64,000 bases of DNA from Kiritimatiellia bacterium. Its GTDB lineage: Bacteria > Verrucomicrobiota > Kiritimatiellia > RFP12 > UBA1067. Under the pieces are notes generated by a model. That model made no database searches, was not told where the DNA came from, and saw nothing but the letters and a program-made list of their open reading frames with translations. Of the stretch, positions 39,746 through 50,493 are shown in pieces. The position numbers were made by a program, and so were the translations under genes. The number at the start of each line of letters is the position of its first letter. Within the stretch, counting starts at the first letter, position 1. Where the stretch lies: assembly GCA_050949565.1 (NCBI GenBank), contig JBMNFY010000002.1, positions 33,367-97,366 of the forward strand, written 5' to 3'.

Positions 39746-42466
39746 TTATTCGCGCACGATTTCGTAGAGCAGCGTCGCCGACTCGGGTTGCGCGTCGACC
39801 GCCGCTGTGAAGGCGAGCCGCCCCTTGACCACGCGCGCGGGAACCTCAGCCACGCGCCGCCCGCTGGTCGACAGCGCGTACACTTTGAATGCGTCCGCCG
39901 GCTTGACCGCCAGCCGGATCTCTGCCCTACCGTTGCGCGCCAGATGCGGCAGACCGCCCCACGCCAACAGAACCTTGCGCGACTGTTGCGCGTAGCGGAT
40001 GCCGCTATTCTGAACATCGGTCAGGTGCGTCAGCAGCAGACGGCGCGATGTCTGCACCGATTCACCTTCAAGCGTACTCACCCAGACCGTGGCTGCGGTA
40101 TCGCCGACGTCTACGATCAGGTCGCCCGCGTTGATGATGCCTTTCTCGGTAAACCCGCCGCAGGTGCGGGGCGTCTTCAGGGTGAACTGGCCGGTCGCTC
40201 GGTCGATCTCCACCGCGCCATCGCCCGCTGGCGGCAGCGTGTCGGCCCCAGAGGTCAGTAGCGTACGGATCGACGCGCTGTCGGTGTTATAGACTTCTGG
40301 ATAACGGCCGGACCAGGTCGTGCCGTCGGGTGCACGCTCGGCCACCAACGTGCCGAGACGCGCATACCACGCCAGCCACGGCCAAGACGTGTGGTTCTGG
40401 GGGATGCGGTCGCGCATGCGCAGCACGTCGTCCTTGGGCAGCACCATGGCATAGGTACGCTTGAGCGGCGCGAGGTCGCCACGCAGGAAGAGACAGATCG
40501 ACGCCCGTTCCGCCGCCAGAGAAAGCGGGTCGCCCGCCATGTCGAAATAGCCCATGGACGCCCCTTCCGGGCGTATCAGGGTGTCGCGGTTGTGGCTGAA
40601 GGCAAAGCGCCAGAGCCCGCCCCAATCCTGCAACGCGCCCATCGCGCCAGTCACGATACCGCCCACGCCGCGAAAACGGCCGGGGCCGGAGTAGTTGTAT
40701 TCGGTGATCGTGAACGGCTTGTCCAGCAGGCGCGTGAACACCACGCGTTGCGCACCGAGTGCATCATTTTTGAGCGGGTTCGCGTTCGCGCAGCGGCTGG
40801 GCAGCCGCCACGGCTGCTCAATGAAGTGCGGATGATCCACATAGAAATGGTCATCCACAAAATCGAACAGTTCACTGCGCGGCACCTGATCCGGGGCAAA
40901 GTTAGTCCAAGAGCTGCGGTCGGTCACCAGCGCACGGCAGCCCATCTCATCGCGCAGGAAAGCCTTGAGCCGCGTCATCAGCCGATCCTCCATCTCCTTG
41001 AGGAAGAGCACAAAGGCGGCGGTGTGGCGGTTGCCCGCATAGATGTTGTCCGGCAACGTGGCGGGCAGGTCTTTGAATGCCTCTGGTTCGCGTTTCTGGC
41101 GCTCGGCCAGCCATGCCGCCCACGCTTGCTGCCACTCAGGGATCTCGCGCATCTCGCGCAAGAAGTTGCCGAAGTTGCCCTCGTTGATCAATGCCAGCCA
41201 AGCCAGCGCCGGCTCGTCTGCGTAGCGTCGGCCGGTGTACGGATTGACGTGCGTCAGGAGCTGACGGGAGAAGTGGATGAGATTCTGGAAGGCGCCTTCA
41301 TGCACCGGCACCAGTATTTTGTAGGTGTTCATCGCGATCTTGCCGTCACGATCGATCCCCACGCTGCGCCAAGGCACGGAACGCGAGACAAAGAGGTCGG
41401 TGGTCACGTACACACCGTTCGAGATGCAGGCCGCCATCAGCGCATCGAGACGCGCCAGATTTTGCGGGTTGAGCGTGGTACCGTCGGCTGAACCTTCCAC
41501 CAGACCGCCATCGTGATGGTGCAGACGCAGGGCGTTGTAACCAATCCGGGCCAGCCGCTCGGCCAGACGCGCCGCATCCGTCGGCTCCAGAAAGTTGGCG
41601 GTGAAACAGAGGTTCACGCCGTAGAAGCGTTGCGGTACGCCGGGCTTGCGTTCGAACTCGAAGTGCGGTCCCTTGGCCACCACCCAGCCGTGCCGGCCGG
41701 CCGGGGCGTCGATCAGTCCGAGGCGCGTAAAATCCAGTGCCGAGCCAGCCAAAATGTCGGTCTCCTGCTTGAGCGGTATCCACTCCGAACCGGCCTTGAT
41801 CGTCAGCGGTTCGTCGAAGACCAAACGCTGCGGCTCATGCGCGGCGAGGGCAAAGCGCACGTCGAACGATTCGCCCGCCTTGTAGGTGCGTGCGGCGAGT
41901 CCGCCGATCCGCACCGAAAAGGTCGGTCCCCACTGGCGGTCGTCTTGAATCAGCACCGAAGTCGGTTCCGGAAAGGTGAAAGCGAGGCGTTTTTGGCCGT
42001 CGGCAGAGGCGAGTGTGAGTGCGCGCGCGGTACGCGACACAACCATCAGCGCACCATGCTCACGCGGCAGCGTCCCCTTTTTATCATCGCTCGTCCAGGC
42101 ACCGCCGGCCCAGCCGTCGATCGGCAACGTCAGCCCGACGTACAGCGCGTTCAATGCGATGTCGCGCTCGGGCTTAAAGGTGTAACGCGCTTGGATCGCA
42201 CCGTCAGACGCGATTTCAAAACGCGCCTGCCCGCGGATCGTGCCGCTATCCTTGACCTGAAGGGTGAAAGGGTAGGCGCCGTCAGGCGTGCGCTCGAGTG
42301 CGCCGGACGCCCGTTGGCTGTGCCACTCCGGCGTAAAAAGCTGAGGGGCGAGTTCGCATTTCGGCTCGCCGAGTTCCAATGTCGCGCCCGTCGTCGCCAG
42401 CGCGTCAGCAGCCTGTGCTGCGTTCATGCAGCTTACGGCCAAGATACATCCGATCCATTTTTTCAT
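39746..42466 (-). CDS. Secreted clan-A (GH5-like) glycoside hydrolase
   Basis: AAGGAG RBS and MKKWIG signal peptide; RFYGVNL, IGYNALRLHH, LLTHVNPYTG..EPALAWLALINE (acid/base), DDHFY.DHP, KPFTITEY (nucleophile). Confidence 0.8.
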   Translation of the reverse strand: MKKWIGCILAVSCMNAAQAADALATTGATLELGEPKCELAPQLFTPEWHSQRASGALERTPDGAYPFTLQVKDSGTIRGQARFEIASDGAIQARYTFKPERDIALNALYVGLTLPIDGWAGGAWTSDDKKGTLPREHGALMVVSRTARALTLASADGQKRLAFTFPEPTSVLIQDDRQWGPTFSVRIGGLAARTYKAGESFDVRFALAAHEPQRLVFDEPLTIKAGSEWIPLKQETDILAGSALDFTRLGLIDAPAGRHGWVVAKGPHFEFERKPGVPQRFYGVNLCFTANFLEPTDAARLAERLARIGYNALRLHHHDGGLVEGSADGTTLNPQNLARLDALMAACISNGVYVTTDLFVSRSVPWRSVGIDRDGKIAMNTYKILVPVHEGAFQNLIHFSRQLLTHVNPYTGRRYADEPALAWLALINEGNFGNFLREMREIPEWQQAWAAWLAERQKREPEAFKDLPATLPDNIYAGNRHTAAFVLFLKEMEDRLMTRLKAFLRDEMGCRALVTDRSSWTNFAPDQVPRSELFDFVDDHFYVDHPHFIEQPWRLPSRCANANPLKNDALGAQRVVFTRLLDKPFTITEYNYSGPGRFRGVGGIVTGAMGALQDWGGLWRFAFSHNRDTLIRPEGASMGYFDMAGDPLSLAAERASICLFLRGDLAPLKRTYAMVLPKDDVLRMRDRIPQNHTSWPWLAWYARLGTLVAERAPDGTTWSGRYPEVYNTDSASIRTLLTSGADTLPPAGDGAVEIDRATGQFTLKTPRTCGGFTEKGIINAGDLIVDVGDTAATVWVSTLEGESVQTSRRLLLTHLTDVQNSGIRYAQQSRKVLLAWGGLPHLARNGRAEIRLAVKPADAFKVYALSTSGRRVAEVPARVVKGRLAFTAAVDAQPESATLLYEIVRE

Positions 42467-42485
42467 TTCGAATTCTCCTTCTGTA

Positions 42486-42567
42486 GAATTTGGAGACGGT
42501 GGCAAGCGGTATTCCGCGCGACACCGCTTTTAAAGCACGATTAAGTGTATCCGCGCACAGCGCGGCT
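42486..42567. repeat. REP-like palindromic family B, copy 3
   Basis: AATTTGGAGACGGTGGCAAGCGGTATTCCGCGCGACACCGCTTTTAAAGCACGA...CCGCGCACAGCGCGGCT; matches 12095-12197. Confidence 0.75.
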
Positions 42568-42619
42568 GCGGCTCGTGGGGACACTCGCCCTCCAAATCAT
42601 GTTAATCATGTCAATCATG

Positions 42620-44953
42620 TCAAAGCGGATCCGTCTCCTGCAAGAAAAGCCGGAACACTTTGGTTGTGTCTTCGCCGAACTCTCGGCACGCCTCGCGCGT
42701 GACGGTGGCCGTGTTGGCGGTTGCAAACGGCACTTCGTAGGTCGTGCAGACCCGGTTACTGGATACGCAGTCCAACGCCCACATTTTGAAGCTACGCCCC
42801 GCACTGTAGTTCGCGGCGGTGTTCCAACTCTGTCCAAAGGGCAGATCGTTGGCAAGCCGGTAGTCGAGCGCGCCGCGCTGATGCTCCTGCAACAACTCGC
42901 CCAACCGCCGCTGTGCCGCTGCATTCTCGCTGTTTTCGGTGTAGACCTGATACAGCCACTCGTTGTAGGTGCCGCGGATCCACGGGCAGTGGATGTCGAG
43001 CACGATCTCCAGCTTACTCTGCGCGTGCGTCGCGATCCAGTTGGTGATCGCTACGCACTCAGGGTACAGAAATTCGGTGTAGTCGCGGTTGTGGTCGTGC
43101 GGTCGGCGGTTCTTGCCTTGGTCGCCCTCTTCGACACCGTCCTTGTCAACGAACGGCACCACCATGAACTCCACATTGTTGCGCATCCATGTTCCGAGTT
43201 CGGTGTTGGCCAGCGCGGCGTCCAGAATCCCCTCCAACACATAGCTGGCCATCATTTCCGCCGCATGGTGGCGTGCCGAGAGCCAGACGCGGTATTTGGG
43301 CGGACGATCGATGCAGCCGATGCGCGCCTTCTCCACTGCGCGACCGGCCGGCGAAGTACAGAGCGTGCCGGTTTCGATGTAGGCGCTGCTCGCCGTGTGC
43401 CGCGCCAGGAACGCCTCCCAGTCGCGCTGCGTGTAGACCATGCCCATGGCGAACCAGACCTCCTGCGCATTCGGCGGGAAGGTGTAGGTGAAGGAGCGCG
43501 TGGTAAAACTGTCCGCCGCGTAGTACCACGTCTGGCCCTGATCCAGCGAGACGCACGGTCCACGTGTGCAGACCGGATCGCCGTTGGTGAAGGAGAAGGT
43601 CAAGGTGCGGCCAGCCGCGCCACGGGCGCGGAACGCCCAGTAAAACCACCATCCCGCCGTGTCGCGCATTTCATTTTGCAGATAGATCGTGTCGTCCTCC
43701 ATGCGCTCCAGCAGGATGTTGCCCGCCGGCAGGTTCTTGTCGATCACGAGCCGCTCATTCGGATCGGTCTCCGACTGGTCGTCCAGCAAAACGACCGTCC
43801 CCAAGGTATTGGAAGCCATCAGCGCAAACAGTCCTACGTTCCACGCGCCGGATGTGAGCCGCGGCAGTGGACGCTTGGTCGAAATACGATAGGGGGGGCG
43901 CGCCATACGCGCACCGACTTTGACCCAGGCATTGGACTCATAGCGGTAAAGCGTCAAGAGATTCGTGCTCTCGGCACATGCGGCGTCATCATAGCGGAAA
44001 GTCAAGCCTACCGTTGAGAAGGTCGTCAGGTCCGACGTCTCCCAGCCGGTGTTGTTGGCGTAAAGCCCCAAGCCCCACACCCCCAGACAGCGACCCTTGG
44101 GCAGGGGCGGCAACGCCGGATGGTTGGTGGCATAGAGGCCGCCCCGAAAAAATACGCCTGAACCGGGCAGGCCGGTGAACGACGCGCGCAGGCTGTTCAC
44201 CAACTCGGGATCGATCCGAGTCGTGGCGTCGCCTAGGCAGCGTATGGAGCTCGGCGAAGCCGCGCCATTGATCCAGGTGCGCGGGAAGAGCACACGCCCT
44301 TGATTGACCGCATACCAGCCGTTGGAACCGTCCGCACCCCGCGCCAGCGTGTTGGTCGTGCTGACGATCCCGTGCAGATCCAAGTCACGCGCCGTCCCTT
44401 CGCCGTCAGCGATCACCGTACCGTTATTCTCCATGCGCACATGCGTCACTTCCGGTGTCGGATTGACCGTTCCCCAACCGCGCAGGATTCCCTTCACGCC
44501 CGCGCTCTTGCGGAGGACAAAGTTGCGGTGCGTGGCCGTCGTGTGGCCAAATGTCACCGTACCGCCGCGCAGTAACAGCGTACCGCTGCCGGCATCGCCG
44601 AGACAGATTCTATCGGTCAGATTGGTCCCGGCGCAGCGCAGTGTGGCACCGGCCTCGATGCAGACCACCGGATGGCTGCCATTGTTGTATATTTCGCCGA
44701 CTGTCAGCCGCTGACAGAGCGCCGTGACGCCGCCCGGCACGACCAGCGGTGTGTCCGCTTGGATGCGGCTGGAGCTGAGCAGGACCGCGTCATCGGTTTG
44801 CGGCAGACGGTTCACTGCTGTGCCTGCGCCGGTCAGCCAATTCGCCGGACTGTTCCAGCCGTATCCATCCACCGGACGGAACCACAGCGTAGCGCCGGTT
44901 ACGTTCAACCCCAGTGCCGCCGCTATCACCACCGCAAGCCGTATCTTTCTCAT
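42620..44953 (-). CDS. Secreted beta-repeat protein fused to an M14-family zinc carboxypeptidase
   Basis: Signal peptide; N-half paralogous to 44999-46738; C-half WFYWAF, SARHHAAE, VPFVDKDG, KNRRPHDHNRD, LDIHCP, TYEVP. Confidence 0.85.
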   Translation of the reverse strand: MRKIRLAVVIAAALGLNVTGATLWFRPVDGYGWNSPANWLTGAGTAVNRLPQTDDAVLLSSSRIQADTPLVVPGGVTALCQRLTVGEIYNNGSHPVVCIEAGATLRCAGTNLTDRICLGDAGSGTLLLRGGTVTFGHTTATHRNFVLRKSAGVKGILRGWGTVNPTPEVTHVRMENNGTVIADGEGTARDLDLHGIVSTTNTLARGADGSNGWYAVNQGRVLFPRTWINGAASPSSIRCLGDATTRIDPELVNSLRASFTGLPGSGVFFRGGLYATNHPALPPLPKGRCLGVWGLGLYANNTGWETSDLTTFSTVGLTFRYDDAACAESTNLLTLYRYESNAWVKVGARMARPPYRISTKRPLPRLTSGAWNVGLFALMASNTLGTVVLLDDQSETDPNERLVIDKNLPAGNILLERMEDDTIYLQNEMRDTAGWWFYWAFRARGAAGRTLTFSFTNGDPVCTRGPCVSLDQGQTWYYAADSFTTRSFTYTFPPNAQEVWFAMGMVYTQRDWEAFLARHTASSAYIETGTLCTSPAGRAVEKARIGCIDRPPKYRVWLSARHHAAEMMASYVLEGILDAALANTELGTWMRNNVEFMVVPFVDKDGVEEGDQGKNRRPHDHNRDYTEFLYPECVAITNWIATHAQSKLEIVLDIHCPWIRGTYNEWLYQVYTENSENAAAQRRLGELLQEHQRGALDYRLANDLPFGQSWNTAANYSAGRSFKMWALDCVSSNRVCTTYEVPFATANTATVTREACREFGEDTTKVFRLFLQETDPL

Positions 44954-44998
44954 TCAAATCCCCTCATTTCGTGGCCGCGACCACAACGCTCAACCGCC

Positions 44999-46738
44999 TC
45001 AACGGACCGTCACCAGCGTACCGCGTTGCCGCGTGACCAGTGCAAACCAGCCGATGTTGGCGTCGGCATTCGTCAAGCGGGCGAGCGGCGCGGCTGTCGT
45101 CACGCAGTGGTCCGAATTGACCGCCGTTTCCACCCGGCTCCATCCGCTTGTCGTGTGGCGGTAGAGGACCAAGTGATCGGAACTCCCGACACGGGTCTGA
45201 TCGTAGCGGAACGTCAACGTGACTGTAGTAAACGGTGCGGCTTGGTCGGCCGTCTAAGAAGAGAGGTCCCTGTACAGGCCCAACTGCCAGATGCCGATGG
45301 GCTCCGCGTCGGTGGGCAATCCAGCCGGGATGTCGTCGCGGTCGGGCGCGTAGACGCCGCCACGCCAGAAATTGGCACTCAACGTAATCCCGGTGAAGGT
45401 CGCATGCACGCTGTTGACCAGACCCGGCGCCGGATTGCCGTGCCAGTCCCCCATACAACGCGCTTGCGTGCCACTGGAGTTGTTGAACCACGTCCGCGGG
45501 AAGAGCACTCGGCCCTTGTTCACCGCATACCAGCCATTGGTGCCTGTCGCGCCGTTCGGCACACTGTTCGAGGTGCTGACGATCTCGTTCAAATCCAACG
45601 TGCGCACCTCGCCCTCGCCGTCCGCCTGGATGACACCCTCGCCGAGCACCAGCCGGATGTTGGTTGTACCGGAACTCGGATGCGAGATTCTGCCCCATCC
45701 CTGAATCCTTCCACGGCTTCCCGCGTATCTGCCGACATACAGCCGCTCCTGCAAACTTCCGTTCGAAATATGCAGCACGCCCCCTCTCAAAACGAGGACG
45801 CCGTCGCCGATTATCTCCTCAATCCCGTCTTGGCCCCATACCGGATACCCGCCAACGTTGCATGAATGGACCGCCGTGTTGGTCGCTCCCGCATAGATCG
45901 TCGCAACGCTGGTGATATCAGGATTTCCACCGACCTTTAGGTAGTCTGCTGACAGATTGGCGCGCTGCTCCAAGATGCCCCTGCCCGAATAGCCGATAAA
46001 AAGCGTCTGCCCGCTTCCGACGTTGATTCCGGGCGCGCGGACATCCAGCAGGCCCTCAGAGCCGATGTAGCGTCCCACATAGACGTGGCTCCACGAGGCT
46101 ATGCTGCCGTCTGCATAGACCAGAACGCCGGTTCCCATATGCCCGACCGACAACTCGCCAGAAAAAGCTCCGCCCTCCTGAACATACGTTCCGCGTCCCG
46201 AGGCATTCCGTCCGATCAAGAGTCCGGGGGCCTCCAACTTCACGGTACCGCCCGCATTCGTTACCACACCGATACCCTCGTGTCCCACCGTCATGCAAGT
46301 GTTGGAGAGCAGACCGCCTGAGAGGGTTAGCAAACCGTATCCGTTGACATGATGGCCGACCGAAATCGAATCCGACCAATTATTGGTCGTTGATGTGAGT
46401 TGGCCGCCGGAGATGTGTAGCGACGGGATGCGGCCATCCGTGGCGTAGCTGGGGCTGTCGAGGGTGGCGATCTGGATCTTTTGGGCGATCGCCTGCACGC
46501 CGTTTGTGATCATCAGCGGGGCGTCCGGAGAAGTCAGTGAACTGTTCAAGGTGACGGTGTCCGCCTCTGTCGGCAGGGCGGCAGTCGGCTTCCAGCCGGC
46601 AGCTGTGTCCCAGAAACGGCTGCCTCCGGCATCGTTTACGCTGAACCACTTTTCTTCCGCATGGACGGTGACCGCCACGAACATCAGCCACAGGCATACC
46701 GCGCCACCGACCGTCAACCGTGCCAGACCGCTGCGCAT
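44999..46738 (-). pseudogene. Secreted beta-repeat protein interrupted by an in-frame TAG at 45254-45256
   Basis: ORFs 45254-46834 and 44999-45217 share a frame; the stop aligns with a Trp in the paralog (LGLYRDLSS*TADQAAPFTTV vs LGLYANNTGWETSDLTTFSTV); ends RQRGTLVTVR. Start approximate. Confidence 0.8.
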
Positions 46739-46814
46739 CACTGCGCATGCGAATAGCTTTCCTGCTCTCCTCGCATGATCGCGCCTCCCTTGTTTTGCTT
46801 GCACCACTAAGGCC

Positions 46815-48694
46815 CTAATGGGTGGCCACAGCATAGCAGTTCGCGACCCTTTGTGCCAGCCGTTCCGGCGTGAGTCCGTGATCCTGCATCAACTGCGGCG
46901 TGGAACCCTGTCCCACAAATTCATCCGGCCAGCCATAGGAACGCACCGGCGCGTCAAACCCGCCCGCCGCGAGTGCCTCGCGCACGGCCGTGCCGAACCC
47001 GCCGGCGACCGCCCCGTTCTCCAGCGTCACGAAGCGGGCGCCCTGGCGTGCCTGCGCCCAGAGGCGCTCGGTGTCGAGCGGCTTGATGAAGCGCGCGTTG
47101 ACCACCCCGCACCGCATGCCGTCCGCCCGCAGCCGCGCTGCGGTCTCGCAGGCCAACGGCAACATGTCGCCCAGCGCCCAAAACCAAACCGCCGCGCCGC
47201 CCCGTCGGCTTCTTCCACGGTCTCCGCCATACCGATCGGCAGCGGCGCGATATCCGGATCGATCTCCACCGCCGGCCCCGGCTCGCGCGGGTAGCGGATG
47301 ACGGTCGGTCCGTCGTGCGCCAGCGCAGTCTTCATCATGGCCGCCAACTCGCAGGCGTCTTTGGGTTGCATCAAGGTTAGATTCGGCAGGCAACGCAACA
47401 TCGGAATATCGTAAATGCCGTGATGCGTGGGACCGTCGCTGCCGACCACGCCGGCGCGGTCGAGGCAGAAGAGCACCGGCAGACGTTGCAGACAGACGTC
47501 GTGCATCACGCAATCCACCGCGCGTTGCAGGAAGGTCGAGTAGACTGCGAAGACCGGACGGTAGCCGGACGCTGCCAGCCCCGCCGCGAAAACGACCGCA
47601 TGCGATTCGCAGATGCCGACATCGAAAAAGCGCGTGGGATGCCGCGCCGCAAAGGGTTCGAGCCCCGTACCGCCGCACATCGCCGCCGTGATCGCCATCA
47701 CGCGCGGATCGCTGTCGGCCAGCGCTGTCAGTGTCTCGCCGAAAATCTGGGAGTAGCCGCGCCGCCCTTCCGGCGGTCGCCGGGCTTCCAGTTCAAACGC
47801 ACCGACCCCGTGCCAGTCGCAGGGACTGCGCTCGGCGGGCTTGAAGCCGTGCCCCTTCTGCGTGGCGATGTGGATCAAGACCGAACGCTTGTCGTCGCGT
47901 GCCGTGTAGAGGGCGTGTTCCAGCGCATTGAAATCGTGACCGTCGATCGGTCCCACATAACGGATGCCGAATTCCTCGAAGAAGGCGTTGCGCAGCCACA
48001 GGCTCTTGATCGCTTGTTCGAGACGGTGGTAGATGCGCCGCAGCGGCGTCATGCGCAACCGGTGGCCGGCCGCCTCGGCCGCCGCCTTGATGCGGTTGTA
48101 GCGCACGTCAGCCAGCATACGCCCGAGCCGACGCGACAACGCTCCGACGTTTTCCGAGATCGACATCTCGTTGTCGTTGAGGATCACGATGAGCTTGGTG
48201 TTGGCGTCGTCCAGACTGTTGAGCGCCTCAAACGTGATGCCGTTGGTCAACGAGCCGTCACCGATCACGGCCACGACATGTTGCTTACCGCCGTCACGGT
48301 CGCGCGCGACCGCCATGCCCAGTGCGGCGGAGAGCGCCGTGCCGGCGTGGCCGCCCACAAAAGCATCGAACGGGCTCTCGGCCGGCTTTGGGAAACCTGA
48401 GAGGCCACCGTGCTGACGCAGGGTGGAAAAGCGGTCGCAACGCCCGGTCAGCAATTTCCAGGAGTAGCTCTGGTGGCCCACGTCCCACACGACCTTGTCG
48501 TCGGGCGGGTTGAAGACGCGTAACAATGCGATTGTGAGTTCGACCGTCCCGAGATTCGAGGCCAAGTGACCGCCCGTCTTGCTGACGGTATCGAGGATCA
48601 CCGTACGCAACTCTTCGGCCAGTGCCGGCAATGCGTCAGCAGGCAGCGTCCGGATATCGGCAGGCAATTGTAAGGTTTTCAGATAATCAGACAT
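46815..48694 (-). CDS. dxs: 1-deoxy-D-xylulose-5-phosphate synthase, frameshift near 47195
   Basis: GGHLASNLG, WDVGHQSY, VIGDGS, ILNDNEMSIS, DVGICESHAV, DRAGVVGSDGPTHHG; C-terminus VVNARFIKPLD..TLENG..GGFG is in another frame. Confidence 0.95.
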
Positions 48695-48704
48695 GTCAAA
48701 GTTT

Positions 48705-50336
48705 TCAGGGCCGCTGTTGCGCACCAAGTGGGGTACGCCGCTTCATGATCTGGAGCGTCGTGCTGTTCTGGCCGAAATCGGGCACCTCCTGCACGCCGTC
48801 GTAGTGCTGTCCCAAAGTACTCAAAAAAGCGTGGCGTTGCGCGGCGGGCACTTCGTCCATCACCGGTGAACGGATGGCGAAGCCGTATCCGCTGTAGGCG
48901 GCGATGCTGGCCGGCGCTGCCGCGAGCAGCGCTTCCAAGCGCGTATCGTTCATCACATGGTAGCGGGCGGCCTCTTCATCGCTCAGTTGCGGGAAATAAC
49001 TGAAGGGGCCCATCTCCAGCCCCTCCGGCACGCGCATACCCGCCTCGACCGCCAGATAGGTGTCCTGGGTCAGGAGCAGGTCGTCCGTTCCGGCTAATGC
49101 GCGTACGTCGCGCGCCGTTTGGCGTAGCACGGCCAGATCCGGCGCTGTTTTGCGCACCGCCCAGAAGCGGTCTTGGCGTGCGACGAACCACGACTGCGCC
49201 ATCGGCGACCCAAAGCTCGCCAACAGGCTGGCGACCACCCAGAGGAGGCAGACACAGCCGCGCAGCGAACCCGACGAGGTGCTGTTCGCGGCCCAACCCG
49301 CGACCGCTGCGGCCAGCAATCCCATGACCGGCACCTGATAGTCGTCGTACGGATACGGACTGGCAAGCTGCACCCCGAAGACCGCAAGAAATGCCAGCAG
49401 CCAGATCCACGGCCAGAATTGACCACGGTAGAGAACGCCCGTCGGCTCTTCCTGCGCGACGGTGTCCGCGACGCCGCTGCTGCGGAACAACCGGAAAATG
49501 ACCAGCGCCGCCAGCAGCATTACCGCAGGCAGATAGGCTCGCACCGTGCGCGCCAGCGAACCGGCCATGAAAAAGAGGTCACGGCCGCCGCGCGCCACAT
49601 GGAACGACTGGCTGAACAGGAACGGCTCAAGCGCTTCCGTCAATGTGGGGCCGAACGCCAGTGCCAGCCCCACGCCGCCGCCGAGTGCGAACCAGAAGAA
49701 GGCCGCGCCAGTTTTGCGGAAGGTCAGCAGCAGCGCCAGCGCAGTAATCGGCAGCATCGCCCCCAGCGACAGACGCACACCCGCCGCGAAGGCTATCAGC
49801 ATGCCGGCCGGCAGCGCCCACATGCAGGAGAGGGTCGAGCGCGTCTGGCTACGGCGCGACAGACTCAACGTGAGCAATAGAAAACCACCCAGTACTAGAC
49901 ACGAGGCCAGCGCGTAGGTTTTCGGGATCGTCGTGAAATAAACGTGGTAGAGGTTACAGGCAGTCAGCGCAAAGGCGATCAGGCCGGCCTCTGCCGCGCG
50001 CGACGAAGGCACGGCACGCCGCGCCAGTCCTGCGGCCAACAGTCCGCTCAAGAGGCCGAGTGCGGCGGTGAAGACCCGCCCGCCCAGCACGCCATGCGGC
50101 GACCACAGCGGTGCGAACAGGCCGTAGAGATACGGCATCAGCGGACCTTGCGTGAAGAAAAAGTCGCGGTACGGCATACGTCCGTCAGCCACGGCGCGCG
50201 CGGCATACAGATACCAGCCCTCATCTTGATTCAGATTACCGAACCAGACCGCCGCTGTGTACAACGTCACCGACGCGGCTGCCACGCACATGGCCGCCAG
50301 CCAGATACACACCAGATGTCCCCTTGATCGACGCAA
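48705..50336 (-). CDS. Polytopic membrane glycosyltransferase (GT-C; ArnT/PMT-like)
   Basis: NQDEGWYLY..GRMPYRDFFFTQGPL motif after TM1; about 11 hydrophobic segments. Confidence 0.75.
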   Translation of the reverse strand: MRRSRGHLVCIWLAAMCVAAASVTLYTAAVWFGNLNQDEGWYLYAARAVADGRMPYRDFFFTQGPLMPYLYGLFAPLWSPHGVLGGRVFTAALGLLSGLLAAGLARRAVPSSRAAEAGLIAFALTACNLYHVYFTTIPKTYALASCLVLGGFLLLTLSLSRRSQTRSTLSCMWALPAGMLIAFAAGVRLSLGAMLPITALALLLTFRKTGAAFFWFALGGGVGLALAFGPTLTEALEPFLFSQSFHVARGGRDLFFMAGSLARTVRAYLPAVMLLAALVIFRLFRSSGVADTVAQEEPTGVLYRGQFWPWIWLLAFLAVFGVQLASPYPYDDYQVPVMGLLAAAVAGWAANSTSSGSLRGCVCLLWVVASLLASFGSPMAQSWFVARQDRFWAVRKTAPDLAVLRQTARDVRALAGTDDLLLTQDTYLAVEAGMRVPEGLEMGPFSYFPQLSDEEAARYHVMNDTRLEALLAAAPASIAAYSGYGFAIRSPVMDEVPAAQRHAFLSTLGQHYDGVQEVPDFGQNSTTLQIMKRRTPLGAQQRP

Positions 50337-50493
50337 CTCTCAACCCTCAATCTGCAATTGGCAATCTGCAATATGCAAATCCCAAATCCGCGCCTCGTTC
50401 TGTGGGCGGCGTTTACGCCGCCGCGGACGAGCAGACGCTCGTCCCTCCCGGGCTACCTCCTAAATCCTAAATCCTAAATCCTAACTCCTAACT
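50337..50493. repeat. Heptamer tandem repeats flanking two small palindromes
   Basis: ctcaacc ctcaatc tgcaatt ggcaatc tgcaata; GCGGCGTTTACGCCGC and GGACGAGCAGACGCTCGTCC hairpins; (tcctaaa)x3 tcctaac tcctaac overlapping the apgM stop. Confidence 0.75.

Noticed and set aside
16111-45256. Genome-wide TAG reassignment
   Set aside because: TAG is the normal terminator of several intact genes (21217, 46815, 50481, 53489).
5176-48694. Programmed frameshifting or pseudogenisation in ilvC, the CotH gene, the histidine kinase, the DUF1570 gene and dxs
   Set aside because: Seven 1-2 nt indels with no shared slippery motif, in otherwise intact genes including housekeeping dxs and ilvC; most consistent with unpolished sequencing errors.
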